NCBI GenBank assembly: GCA_012295275.1
Contig: CM022677.1
Location: 3,410,001-3,474,000 of the forward strand
Reading direction: 5' to 3'
Length of the DNA: 64,000 bases
Origin: Chrysomallon squamiferum
Lineage: Eukaryota > Animalia > Mollusca
The notes beneath the pieces are model-generated. The model saw only the letters and a program-made list of their open reading frames with translations, made no database searches and was not told where the DNA came from. Of the stretch, positions 13,341 through 27,807 are shown piece after piece; within the stretch, counting starts at the first letter, position 1; the number at the start of each line of letters is the position of its first letter. A program made the position numbers and the translations under genes.

Positions 13341-14809
13341 TTACATTCTGTTTCTGTCTTATATCAACATTATTACAAAACATTCACGTCTAATAATTGT
13401 TAATAATAAAATATTACACATTTGGTGAACACAGTATATTGCAATCTCTCTCTCTCATGTACTTTTAAAATAACAAACCCAACATACAGAAAGGAGAACA
13501 TTTTAACAACTTTAAGAATGTTTTATATAATAAATCATTAACAAATGTAACTATTTTAAAGATAAAAAATTCACTTAAAATAATAGAAGAAAAAAGTGAA
13601 AGCGTTATTGTCAGTGTTGAAATTGGAAACATTCAGTATATGTATAATTAAGACGTGTACATAGAGCATGGATATTAAAGCATTTCACACATAATTTCTA
13701 TAATATTACGAAATGTACTCGCACCCAGAATTAATATGGAACAATAGTGGATTTTTTGGAATGTTACAGATCGTTTTACCAAAAAACCAAAATAAAAAAT
13801 TATGTTTTTTATCTTTATTTGACCATAAGCTCTGGTTGATAACCGTCTCCAATTTTTTAGCAGAAATAATAATAATAAATAAATAGATACCTAACTAAAT
13901 AAATAATAACCTTTGAAATTCATGTATTGAATCATTGTATTATTTAAAAAATTAGTCTCATAATACAGATGAGTTTATTTTAGCCGTTTTAACGCGAATA
14001 GCGAAAACCTGGCAGCTTAGCAAGGCACGCCATGCTGTACGAGTGCGTGAAAGAACATAACATACCAAGTTAGGCACACTTCAAAATTCAGAGTCTTTTT
14101 AATGACATCTTCAAAATTTACATTTGAACAGACTAAATTCAAACATGGAAAGGCTTCAGTTAAAATAAATAAAGTAGAAATAACACCACAGTTGAAATTT
14201 GAAACTGTTTAAATATGGAACAAAAAAAAAAAAATTACATTAAAGCACTTAACAATGAGTTTCAATAATTTTATAAATATTTAAACACTTTAATAACTGT
14301 AAGAATACTAATAACCAACGTCAACACTTTTCTTTTAAAAATTTCTTCTTTTCTGAAATGCTTTGAAAGGTACTGAAAATATACCAGCATTCTAACTGAT
14401 CACTTACTTCTGATCTGTAATTCTAACAAGAATTTGGCAGATGTATACTAATTCACTATTTATTTACAAATGATAAAAAGAAACTCGTAATTATTACGTA
14501 ACTAATAATTATAATCTGCTTAACAAACATTCTATTACCGCCAGAAAAAAAGTTTTAAATTCTATCCAATTATTCTAAAAATAACTGTCAAAATATTATA
14601 AGATCAGTCTTTCACTCTAAATAAAATATTGCATTTACTTACAAATTAAATTCTAGAACCATACATATGTAATATATTTCATTTAGGGATGTATAACTAG
14701 AAAAAATTAAAAAAAAAAAAAAAAAAAATACAATCAGATTAAGACATATATAAATATTCAAAGTAAGTTATAATACTAATAATAATAAAAAAAAAAAAAA
14801 AAAAAAAAA

Positions 14810-14861
<52 letters not shown>

Positions 14862-16159
14862 TTGAGGATAAAACCCAAAGAAAGAAACAAGAATATAATT
14901 TAGATCGTTGTCAGTATTTTATACATCTCATATCTCAGTGTTTATCTATCTCTGAGGAGTCTGTAGATCTACAGCAAACCAGTGATGACTAAAGTGTTGA
15001 CAAACCTGAAGAAAGATAAAATAAAGATGAAACAAACATGATAAACAAAGAATTATTACACACACGGAAATAGATAAGCACAGAGAAAGGCACACACATA
15101 AAAAAAGACAACATATATAGATAGACATCATTACATCCACTGATACAGGCACATATTTACATGTACATATAGATAATACATATATACGTACATACACAAA
15201 TACTAGAAAAGAAGACGGTCCGACAGAATAGTAGATATACAGAATCACAGATACAAACAGACTGAGCGATACTAGACATAGGTACAGATGATACATGCAG
15301 ATATACTGAGAGGAAAGCTGATAAAATTAATATTACAATAAAATAACAAATAAAAAGAAAATAGTTACAAGATTACTTACATGATTATTACATAAATCAT
15401 TGAAGAAAATATGGAATCGCTTCCGTTTATTTGATCTAAAATAAATAAATAAATAAATAAATAATCTTTTAATTACTACCAAATATCTGGCAGCAGACAT
15501 ACACTCATATCTTTCAAGCTCTTATATCCGTTCGTAATGACCTTCAAAAATTCAGTTGCTGACAGCAGTAAAAACCTGTTTCTCAAAGTGTTTTTGCGGT
15601 CCTAGAGTATTGACTTAATTGAAATTAGCCTCTGAAACTCAAAGCAGAGAATAGTAAGTTGTTCTTTAAGCAGAATGAAATTAACTTCCTATTGATCATC
15701 TGCCTATGTAAGGCAAATGGCTTCTTTACATAATATATAATTGCATACAGTCTTCAAAGAACTGCCATAGTGAACCATTAACTCTTACTGTTTGGTGTTT
15801 CTTTGTATTTCCAAAGAAGTGTATTGTGGGAAACATGTTATTTGCAATTTAAATTTGAGTTAAGAGAACTGTGTGATAGATAGATAGATAGCTAGATATA
15901 TAGATACATGTTTATATATACAGGCCTGTACATGTATATTCATTAGAAGAAACTGCTGTAAATATTTGAATTCCCTGGAAGTTAAACTATTTTACTAATA
16001 CTTTTCAGTTTTGAATTATCAAGTATCAATTTTAGTTAATATATTTTAATCTGTCATGGAAATTATTACTGCAAACATTATAATTAAAACTGTTAAAATG
16101 TCTTTATAAAAGGTTTTACAGCATAATAAAAGAGCAGATTTGCATTTATCTCACTCTGT

Positions 16160-16404
<245 letters not shown>

Positions 16405-16686
16405 CAGGCATTAAGCTGTAACTTTATCTATGTTAATAAGCATATTACTCAGTGTGGAACTTAAACAGTCAGCATAGTATAAACTTCTTTTTAAAGCTTT
16501 TTTTTTTATATCAGAATTAGAAGATAGAAATAAAGCTATTCCTTGATTAGTTAAGCAGAATCCACAAACAATCACTGGCATCTAGAAATTATCTAAATAA
16601 TGAAGAACGTAGCTAAGTGTACTGAGCTGAAGCAAATAAAAAGTTTGGAATAAAAAACAAATTAAATTTGAAACTGCTTCATTTGT

Positions 16687-17327
16687 TTATAATTTGATTT
16701 TCATATCAATAGTAGTAATATGTTTTGTTTTCTGTTGATCAACATTATTGTGATTCTGTCTGGTTGGATGTTGGCTCTCTGCTGTATTGTCGCTCACATC
16801 AGTTTTATTCAGTGAATCAGTGACTGACTGTTGACACACTTCAGATCTTGTGTGTTCTTCACAGACATCTTTACTGACTGGTTGATTTGCAGGTTTTACA
16901 TTTGTCTGATTATATGAGTAATCTTCAGAACTTTCATTATCTTCATCACTTCCATTGTTACCTGACATATTGTACGAAGATTCATTAGCAATCGTATCTT
17001 TGACAGACTGTGAAGTTTCTACATCTTCAGTGTCATGTTTTTTGTCAGTGTTCTCTTGAACGTTACAATTTTCTTCTGCTTTGATATCAACAGAAACCTC
17101 AGTTTGAGACTTTTCAGTGTTCATTTTACTGCTCAGTTCAATATTTGTAGTTTTATCATTTTTCTTTGTGTTTTGGTTTCTTAGTGATATCAGACAGCAT
17201 GTTATGATTATACAAAGGCCTGTGACAGTGATAACTGCAATGAGGATAATACAAACTAAGTTACAGCCAGAACCTGATCCCAGGTTTGGAGTTGTTGTAG
17301 GAACATTTGTTTAATTTCTTTCTTTTG
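16687..17327 (-). pseudogene. Gene B last exon: stalk, TM and about 165-aa polar cytoplasmic tail, with one in-frame stop near its 5' end
   Basis: tttAG|CA AAA GAA AGA AAT TAA ACA...: KERN*TNVPTTTPNLGSGSGCNLVCIILIAVITVTGLCIIITCCLISLRNQNTKK, continuous with ORF 16687-17124. Confidence 0.75.
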
Positions 17328-17475
17328 CTAAAAAAGAAAAATGTCATTCACTGGTCCTTCCATAACTTAAAAAATTAAAGTCTGGAAATAAAAAAAATTC
17401 TTGACCCTATCAAAATGATCTATCATTTTCTATGTCAATAAAGTTATGTCTGTCACAAATGAAAATATACCATAC

Positions 17476-17807
17476 CTGTCACTAAACTGTTTCTAATTTG
17501 CCGTGATATTTTAATTTGTTCATGTTGTTCAAAGCCAAATAAAACTCTGCAATGAAGCCAATAACAGCAGACTCTGGTATCAAAATTAAGTTACTGACTG
17601 GGACATAATTATTCATCTGCTCGTGTTTCAAGGAGTAAACCCGGATCTCGCTGCCTGAATAATTTCTGAATAGGGCAACAAATCATTCTCTGAAGAAAAC
17701 TCAAATATTCCTGATATTTGTTCCATTACAGTGAGATTTAATTAATCTTAAAGCACACGCACACTATTTTACAGTTAGCAGCACCGAATCAGTTCTGTAC
17801 AACTAAT
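17476..17807 (-). pseudogene. Gene B: heavily decayed Ig-like exon
   Basis: AG/GT flanked with a phase-1 donor matching the TM exon. Fragments IKSHCNGTNIRNI*VFF and YWLHCRVLFGFEQHEQIKISRQIRNSLVT lie in different frames with multiple stops. Confidence 0.4.
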
Positions 17808-18006
17808 CTAAATTAAAATGTTACAAATCATACAGTTCAAATAAACAGTATTTGTTAGGTGCTGGTTACTTTCAGACTTGTTACTAAAAAGCAAACATTC
17901 ACGTACACACACATGTACACACACACAAACATACACACACAACATGCATTACATTTGAAACTACTGCTTCATTTATCAAAATAAAAATTAAAAAATGTGT
18001 AATTAC

Positions 18007-18327
18007 CTTATATATGTAGTTCAATTTTGTTACTTGATTTGACAGCAGGGATACTATCGTTAATCATCAAGTCATTTTCAGCAGCACAGAAAACTTTCTG
18101 ACCATCATGATCTCTGCTGACTTGTATCACTCTATCAGAAGTTATGGGAGATCCAGTGATGCTGACAGGAAGCTTGTTACTGTCTGCGTACCACAAGATC
18201 TGTGAAACAGTCGGTGCTGGTTTGGCTCCCTGTACAACACAGGTAAAAACAGCAGAGTTTCCCTCAGTTATCTGAAGTGAGTTTGGTCTTTTTCGAGAAA
18301 TGTTCGTGTTCACAAAATTAACTGGAG
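18007..18327 (-). CDS. Gene B exon: C2-set Ig domain, open until a TAA in the last full codon before the donor
   Basis: ccAG|CT CCA GTT...QITEGNSAVFTCVVQGAKPAP...LWY...VSRDHDGQKVFCAAEN...IELHI TAA G|GTaatt. Confidence 0.85.
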
Positions 18328-18589
18328 CTGGAAAAGGAAGATAAAGAAAATTCACTGTACTATTCCTTATGATGTAATCAAACCATAAAACACAGATATG
18401 TATTAAGTTTACGTCAAATAGCAAATATTAACAAACAGAAAACAAGATATAGTTCTTATTAAATGACCTTAAAAGAGTTATTTTAATTAAATGGTAAAAA
18501 TGCTGAATGTATATTCAGTAATGGCAAAACTATATTATTATCAGTGCACATTTTAATAATTTCAAATAGATTTGTCTTCAATCAGATAA

Positions 18590-18630
<41 letters not shown>

Positions 18631-19796
18631 TAATGAAATATAAGAAATCCCTGTTTCAATGAAGCAGATATGTCACAAAAATGGGCAACTTGTTATTTTT
18701 GCAGAAAATAAGAAAGTTGGCATTAAGAAATGTTGAAGACAATTTAGTAAAAATTGTACTAGATTATATATATTGTTATATTGTTATAATGTTCTACTTG
18801 GGATATAAAATTATTCTAGGAAACCTTTACCTCTGTAAATTTAAAACATTTCTGAGTGTACTGATGCTGCCTTCTAAATATGATATGTTATGATTTTTAT
18901 GTCATTATTGTTTTTGCTTTCTTTTTTGTTTATTTATTATAATTTAAATTTCAATACACATTTTCTAGAACTATTAATTTTAGATCTTCAGTTTAACATA
19001 TTTCTTTTATGCACACTTGAAGACATTTCCAGTGTAAAATTCAGAATATATATATTTTTTAAATCTCCTAGTTTACAATGATCAGCCTCTTGTTTAAACA
19101 AGTGTCATTTTATTTAAAGTAAATTTTGTGTGGGTAAAATCTGAATTTTTTGTTGTTTTCTTTCTTGTATTTCTTTTAATAAATGAGTTATTAAATACAT
19201 TTTACATGATTTTATGGTTTTCATTTTCATTACACCATGAAAAATATTTGTATTACACACAAAATACAAATATTATCATACTTGGCAATATGTATTAAAT
19301 GCAGATTGTAAAAACTTGTGTTACTATAAGATATGCCTTAAGTGTATAATGCCCCATATAATATATATGTGGCAGAGTTCTTTTTTTTCCATATTTCCAG
19401 TCATTCTTTTTCTTTATTTTTTTTATTATTTTCTTTTCAGCTGACTTTTCCCAGTTGTCTTTTTTCTAATGCCTTGAACCTAACAGTAAACCACTTTAAA
19501 TTGGTAAGATACTGTATTATAGCTCCCAAAATAGTTTGAAATATATATAACAATGTGATTTGCATATTTATTAGATAGCTGCCAGTCACAACTTGCTCTA
19601 AATTGCTAGAATATAGATTCTGGGTCTTCAGAGAGTGCAAAATATATTGCAATGCAATTGGGTAACTCCAAATTTGAATAAATGACATTTTAAAACAAAT
19701 GTGTGTAACAGAAACTGGATGTGGTTCTTTTCTTTAACATTTTAAAACAAATGTGTGTAATAGAAACTGGACACAAAAATATACAGAGGTGGGACA

Positions 19797-19868
<72 letters not shown>

Positions 19869-20498
19869 TGTATTCATTTTTTTTAATTAGGATGTAAATA
19901 AGTTCTTGGATTTTTCACATATTTCAACTGAACAATGTATTTTACAGAATAAGTAAACTAATGGTTGAAGTTCCATTCTTAGGTCAGACATTTTTTTTTT
20001 TTTTTTTATGTTGTAGATCACCATGAACAAAATTCATAGTCGTATAGGAATCAGATGCCAAAAATGAGATTGTGACTGATTTCATTTCATTTGGATATGA
20101 ACTAAACAAAAATCTTTGGAATCAAATTTTATATATATATATATTTATAAATGTCAACAATGTTAATCAGTATGGAATTTTATTTGATATACAAGATATA
20201 GGCTGACATCACTGAAGTTGGTGAAGTAGTTCCAAAGATATGCCATTTTCATATAATAAATTAATACCTTGATGTTAAAAATTATAATTGAATAATATTT
20301 TGTCTTTGCTGATTTTACAGTTTCACATATTTTCATTTTATATCCAACTTGATGTAACATAAGACATAATTCTTTAATGGAATATTTGTTTATATATAAA
20401 AAAAAATAATAATAACTATAAATGGTAGCTGGAAAAAAGAATAACATTTAAAATAAATAAAATGTATTATTTTATCATATTAAAAACAAATAACTTAC

Positions 20499-20804
20499 TG
20501 AAAATTTGTAAATCAAATAAGTTGCTAGAACTTTCACCATATGTACACAACCATGAACGTTCATCTGTAAAACGGAGGTTGTTTATTGTCAGACTGAAGA
20601 GTTTAGAAGTTCTGATCTGACCAGCACATTTACACGAGTAACCCCTAGCAGCACTGGCTTCAGCACAGTTTGTCGTGACTGAACATATAGTAGCTATATT
20701 TCTTACAAAGCTGACAGGTGAAGTGATGTTGTCTGATACAGAACACTGGAATGTGTAGGTCTTACCTATCACACTATTGCCAACACCCGTTATGTTCATC
20801 AAAC
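20499..20804 (-). CDS. Gene B exon: intact V-like Ig domain with six cysteines
   Basis: gcAG|GT TTG ATG...: LMNITGVGNSVIGKTYTFQC...TICSVTTNC...GYSCKC...FSLTINNLRFTDERSWLCTYG...DLQIF A|GTaag. 306 nt, phase 1-1, joins the 18327 exon in frame. Confidence 0.88.
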
Positions 20805-22890
20805 CTGCAAAAATATATACAATACAATTGTTTCAGTTGGTTGTTATTTTTCTACATTCTGCTAAATGATTTCAATATTAGAAAAAAAATTGCTAATACA
20901 GTTATTTCTAAGGGAGTATTGCCATTTCACATGTCAATTTTATTTAAAATAAAAGAAATGGATTCCATTTTGCAACATTCTCTGGATTCCAAATTTAATT
21001 TTGTAGTGTAAGCACTGGTAGTAGATAATTCCAAGGTGACTTTCTGTTTTGGAAATACAACCTAACTATAACTGTAGATCTTTTATCCTGATTTCAGTGA
21101 TCACAATTTCTAGGTTTTCAGTAGAATAATTCCATGATGTTAATACTTAATTTATGGTGTGATTTGCACGCTGTTACCATTTCAAACAAATCTCAATTTT
21201 GTTCCATGTCTCTGCAAAGTACACTTACATTGTTAAGTGAACCCAAGTTGGTAAATATCCATTGCTGCTAGACCATTCACATGATTAAAATTTAAATCTT
21301 TGAGAATTCAAAACTTCCCTTCTCTTTGTACTATGAAAAGTTGTTTTACCAAATTAATTAGTGAAAAGATCTAAATAGTAAATGATGAAAAACATTTAGA
21401 AGGGATAAATTAGAAAATCTTAAATATTCAGGGGATAGAACTTTTTTTTCTTAAAGCAGCTGCATTTTTCTCAGCATCGAGGTACAGTCTTAGTTCCTCT
21501 GATGACTTTATAATAATACAAATGACTTGTTGAGTGTTCTTTCCTGTGAAAACATTCTGTTGCACAGAAATATTTAAGAAACTTTACTGAAATAGTTCAT
21601 CAAGGTTTTCTGATGCTTTTGGTATGCGAATACATTTATTTTGGATTTACAAATGAAACTGAAAGTTTGGATTTTCGTTTGGTTGAGTAAACCGTAGTAT
21701 TTATATTTTACAAAATTAAAAGGTGAGGAGATACCTCAACATCTTTCTGCTAATATTAAATGATCAAAGAAATGTCCTAATTTACATTTTAATGCCAACA
21801 AGACCCACTTTTGGATCCTTAAAACTGCCACACACATGCCAAATGTTCTTAAATAGTAGTGAAGTCTTTTCTGCAGGTAGAAGACACCTCATTTCTTATT
21901 ACATAACTGTGAAATAGTGGACATTTCATTTGTAATAAGGCCTGCATTGAAAAAGATTACACACACAGGGATAGAATTTTAATTTCTTTTAAAGACAAAT
22001 GTTGGAATTGCATCAATGCAAACATTTCCCTTAAAGTACAGGCACCATGGCAACTTAATTTTTTTTGTTTTTCTTTTTTCACAGAAGTATTTGATGGGTT
22101 TGCTACTGAAGGCCTCTGACTGACGGTAACATGGTGGCTGTTTATTTATTACTGATTATTGTTTTTTAATTCTTAATGTCTGTCCTACCTAAAATGTAAT
22201 CTTCCCTGCTAATGGTGACCTGAATATTTCCCTCCAGTTTGTTGTCAAAGATACTGTTTAAAAAAGTTCAGAAAACAAACCTGTATGTGATAATTAAGAA
22301 AACACAAACCTCACACCCTCCAAATAGACCAATCTTAATGCTTTATAGTAATTTTGTGATGATGCAAGCTGACAGCATATGTTTTTCAACTGCATCAGTA
22401 ACACAGTTTTTGCCAAATACCAAATATTTTATGCAATGTTAGCATGATTGATAATCATTTAATTAGGAGTTATCATTCAACAGGTATCAGCCTTGGAAAG
22501 AGCATTGTTCAAATGAATGCAATCATTAATCACCATGCACACTGACAGACATTCAGAAGTAGTGCAACCAATATGCCTAATCTTTGAAGTTCAACAGCTA
22601 AATTTATTCAAATCACTTGTACCTGAAAAAACTCGATAGCTTTGCATGTTTTCTGACTGAAGATCTTAGGTCCTGCTCTTTGTGCCATTTTATTCTTTAT
22701 TGCTGTAGCATTTCTAATTTAGGCAAAGAGAAATCTAATTAAGATAATACTGATTTTGTTTTTTATTTGACAAGCTCGGTGAATCAATGGGATTTATGTA
22801 AAGGGCAGCCATTATGTTTTATTGCCATGGAAATCATCCAGATTTTAAGGCAAGTATGGAGGGCTAAACATTGTGTCATATATATATATA

Positions 22891-23015
<125 letters not shown>

Positions 23016-23670
23016 ATGTTTAGTATCTGCATTGCTTCCTCAACACAGTGAACACTGGCTTACTGGTTGCAGATATATGGAGCTTATATTATAATGGCCA
23101 ACTGTGTTTGAGAAGAAAAATATTCAAATTACAAGTTATTAAAAATATAAACAACATGCATTGAAAGCAAGTTTATACATTAAGGTATTTTCATAACAAT
23201 CATTTGAAATAGTGACAGCCCTTTCTAGTTGCACATAAAAACTGTCATCTTCACTAAACAGGAAAAGGAATTTATGGCCATTTTGCCAATAGTGAGACCA
23301 TCTTGGCAATATCTATACCAATTTTTATCAAAATCTGAATCATTTTGGTTCTGACAGGACATTTATTGGCTGATCTGTCATGGAATGACCCATTAAATTA
23401 ATGCTGAGCAATTGGTTAAATTGCAAGGCTGACAAGGTTGCATGGGTTTGTGCACTTTCACATGCCCTTTCTATACTGGCATAAGCAGTTTATCAAAATA
23501 CTTAACCAAAAATACTGAATAAGAGTTCAAATAGATAACTTACTTAAACTGAAAAAGACTATGTATATTTTATATATGTTTACATGTAGAGTAGACTGAC
23601 CTACATTTATGTGAAACTAAATGGTGCCAAAAATGATGATATCATTTAAACACATTAGCAGGAATTACAA

Positions 23671-23895
23671 AATACTAAGCTGAGAGCAAACTATACAAAC
23701 AGTAATCACATCCACTAGAGAAATAAATACTAAGCTGAGAGCAAACTATACAAACAATAATCACATACACTAGAGAAATAAATACTAAGCTGAGAGCAAA
23801 CTATACAAACAATAATCACATCCACTAGAGAAATAAATACTAAGCTGAGAGCAAACTATACAAACAATAATCACATCCACTAGAGAAATAAATAC
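23671..23895. repeat. Minisatellite, 4 x 55 bp
   Basis: Unit AATACTAAGCTGAGAGCAAACTATACAAACAATAATCACATCCACTAGAGAAATA at 23671, 23726, 23781, 23836. Confidence 0.95.
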
Positions 23896-25198
23896 AAAAC
23901 ACTAGGTGAAGACCTAATCACCATTTAATATGAAACAGATAACAACAACAATACTTCTAAACCATATAAAGTAAATCACTATAGTAACTTAGTAGAATAT
24001 TTGTCAGAATCAAACAATAATGTGAGCTAGTATCATTCATTAATGTGAGTAAACATTTTCAAAATAGGACTTTATGAAATCTACACAGACTTAAATATTT
24101 AACCAATAAACAATACATTTGTATTACATTTTGGACCTAGTTACAACATATACTTTATGTATTGTTCTGTTAATAATCACTTACAAATAATAGTTATTTG
24201 CATTTTGAAACATAATTTAATACACAGAAATCTGCACACGACAGGTGGGTGACACATGATAAGGTTTTCACATTCCTTATGTTATTTTGACTCACTGTGG
24301 GCACCATATTTTACAAATCAAAAAAACAAAACAATGTTTTTTAGAAATTAATAATAAATAAAAATTGTGTTATTTGTGTTGTTAAGTTATTGTGGTCATT
24401 ATGTACCAATTGTGCACATCAAATATATGGCTTTCTTATTGTAACTATTCTGCCCATGTGGTGAATATTATTATTATTATTAATTGTATATATATATCCA
24501 CTGTATTAGAATAAAAAAAAAACATGTATGATAACACTACGTAAGTTCAATAATATAAAATTTGAAAAAGCATTTTTCTTCACATAAATGGATGATGCCT
24601 GGGTGAGATGGTCATATTCCTCATTTCTCTCTGTTTAAAATGGTTATATTATTAAATTCATTATCATTCATTGCATTCTTGAACACACTTCTTACAACAG
24701 AAATGATGACCAAACCATGTACCATTCTGGCTGTTGTATGTATTTGAATGCAAATAAAGACATCTGTCAACTGTTTTATACCAAATGCATCCTCTGATGC
24801 TAATGTCAGATGTAAGAATTAAGATCATTAATCAATCCTAACCTTATTCTGTATATATTACATTTACCCCAAGACACACACTCACGCATAGTGAGTGATA
24901 CGGTGCCACCTTTAGACTTAACAGTTTCCATCATAAATGTAATTTCAGAGGCATTTACTATCAATATTTATCATGTTACAATATTTATATTAACAGTTAA
25001 TTAACTTTAATTGTAGTAATAATAATAATAAAAACAACAAAAAAACAACTATTTTTCTGTCCAAAAACTGGTAAAAAGCACTATAAATTATAATGAACTT
25101 TGAATGTATCGGGGGAGTTATTAAAGTAACTGCTGATTTTATTTCTGTTTTACATGTAATATGACCTTTAATGCATTTAAAATGGAAATAAATAATAC

Positions 25199-25233
<35 letters not shown>

Positions 25234-25316
25234 AAAACAACCGCCAATGTCTGTGAATATTTGAAAAAAATATAATAATACGAAACGGGTACGAAGTGGC
25301 ATGAGGTCAAAGTTAC

Positions 25317-25365
25317 CCTGAAAACAAACCAAAAAATGGAAAACGACCTTTGCAACAATTTCTAT
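25317..25365 (-). other. Candidate signal-peptide exon of gene B (ATA in place of ATG)
   Basis: ATA GAA ATT GTT GCA AAG GTC GTT TTC CAT TTT TTG GTT TGT TTT CAG G|GTaact = (I/M)EIVAKVVFHFLVCFQ-G, phase 1, splices in frame to the 20804 exon. Confidence 0.35.
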
Positions 25366-25489
25366 TCAATAACAGATTTCTGTATCTACGAGTTGTTGAT
25401 TATATGACACATTTCAACAAATTACTTGTAATAATCCGTGTAGAATAAACTGCATTATGAAGGAATATACGTTTAAAAGTTGGTAAATA

Positions 25490-25570
25490 CTGCCGGGTGG
25501 GACGCTGCGATCTTGGATTTCGATCGGAAATACCCGTGAGCGATCGTAAACCGATACGTCGGGCTGTTAA
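25490..25570. promoter_or_regulatory. CpG-rich islet, possible promoter
   Basis: About 11 CpGs in 80 bp in an otherwise CpG-poor window, about 125 bp upstream of the candidate signal exon on the minus strand. Confidence 0.35.
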
Positions 25571-26937
25571 AATGCCAGATTGAAGAGTTTTACATCCATG
25601 TTCTGTATTGTTTGTGGTTATAAAGGCATGAATGGTTGTTCATATTCTTACCAAACCATGTAGAACACTTCTCCTGACTACATTTTTACTTTAATCAAAC
25701 TTTTTAAACTGGATTATCGTAGCGCAAACGCATGCATAGTAAATCGAAAGTATAATGGTATAGAAGATTAACGTATTCAGTTTTCTCACTCGCTATGTTC
25801 GTCGTGTCAGAACCCATCAGAAAATAGCTTTCAGGCAGAGTTTGTACAATTAAATACCATTTTTTCCCCCGCAGACACAACTTATGCCGTCACGAGTTGT
25901 CGTTCCTGTCAGTCCATGTTAAAGTGTAAAGATTTGTTTGCGCTGTTATATATATATATATGGGAATTGGTACTTATAGGCGGCAGCTCAGAAATAAAAT
26001 TATTTATATATTTTTTTTTAATAAAAACCCTTTCACTGAGAATATTTTTCAGTTTTTTTCCAGTACTTTTTTGTTTTACTCCTGATAGGTCTATATAAAG
26101 ATAGTCAATTACATAATTAAAAAATTGTACACATCCACTGTACCTGGTTAAACTTGGCAGACCATCCTTTTTCTTACCTTTATAAACTGTCATCTTGTCA
26201 CCATAATTGGTGTATCATGTATGTATGCAAACATTTCCATGTAACTTAAACATTCTAGTGAGCATAAATAATCTATTTCTGGAAAGGTATATGGCTATTT
26301 ATTATATTACATTTTATTTATTTAATTAATTTTATTTAAAAAAACAAATCTGCTTGATGCACTTGACTTATTTTGGTCATAGTGAACTTTTAATGATAAC
26401 CTAACCCACATGAACAAATGGCTGCCTGTGTTATAGTGGTCGACAAAAAGAAAAAAAAGGAAGACTTTGAGAAACAGAAACAAAAAATTGTTTATGATTT
26501 TAAATTATGTTTTTATATCATAACTAAGTAAAACAAAAAAGAAATCCAAATACTGTAAAACCTTGGATATCATGGAGTTGTCCTTCACTGTAAGATTACC
26601 AATAAATTACTTTCTCACATCCTTTATATATGTCTCTCTCAGTTTTTCTGTTTATTTACTAAGTTACTCATTGCATTGAACATAGGACTGTCAACCATTA
26701 ATAAATACAATTTATGGAATCAGCAACCATCAAATACCAACAGGCATTTCATCAGTTTGGCCGTTTAACCCGCTGAGATAACCAGACAAGTTGTTACAAA
26801 TTATACAATCAGTCACAAACATGTTATTTATATGAATGTCTTTTGAAGAACTAGAACTGTAGAAGTCAACTGAAATTAACAAAGTGTTATGAATTTCTTT
26901 TATTTTTAATTTGTATTATGAAATGAAGTATGTGGTG

Positions 26938-26940
<3 letters not shown>

Positions 26941-27007
<67 letters not shown>

Positions 27008-27043
27008 TTACCACTGTGCTGCACTACCAGTGGATCTGTCATT

Positions 27044-27108
<65 letters not shown>

Positions 27109-27140
27109 ACTGTGCTGCACTACCAGTGGATCTGTCATTG
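26941..27140. repeat. Two (CA)n tracts, each followed by the same ~31-bp unit (CTGTGCTGCACTACCAGTGGATCTGTCATTG)
   Basis: Local tandem duplication including the microsatellite, directly visible. Confidence 0.9.
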
Positions 27141-27807
27141 CAGCCACTGACTGATCCAGTGACTATGAAGGGGAAGATGGTTAGACATATATTTAATAAA
27201 TGGTATATAGAATATACCTATAAATAAATCACAGCACATATCATTATTAGTTAACAAATAATATATAAAAATCATAATGAAACAGTATTCAGTATTTAAA
27301 CTTAGTGTGTGTCTGTAAGATAATTACTAACTGTTTCTACATTCTAAGGTCAATTTCATGAAATTTTTGTCACTGAATTGTTGTTAAGACATTAAGTACT
27401 TTTGTTAGTTGTAGTTGATTCCTCACTATATTTATCTACTGTAATTTATACATCTGCTATATTCATATTCAAACATGGAATGCTTTTATTTCAGATCAGG
27501 GACAGGCAAACACCAGCCCGCCAAACTGTTCACAATTAACAAAACAGCAAAATAAAAGTAGAGATTTGAGAATGTTCAACAAAGTTATTAATATTTCCAT
27601 AAACTCTTTGTACATATTTTGATAAACTATTTTTATGTTTATATTTTCTAGAAAATATTTATTACAGAAATTGTTACCGGCATTTGGAAAAATATTCTTA
27701 AGCGCTTCTTTTTAATTCATTTAATTTACTGCAGTTTCTTTGAATTTACCACACTATTGTATATAAAACAAAACTGATAATGTTCTTTTAGTCTTTGTTG
27801 AAAGTAC

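Noticed and set aside
13980-14050. Small CpG-rich patch as a promoter
   Set aside because: No adjacent first exon identified; could be a repeat fragment.
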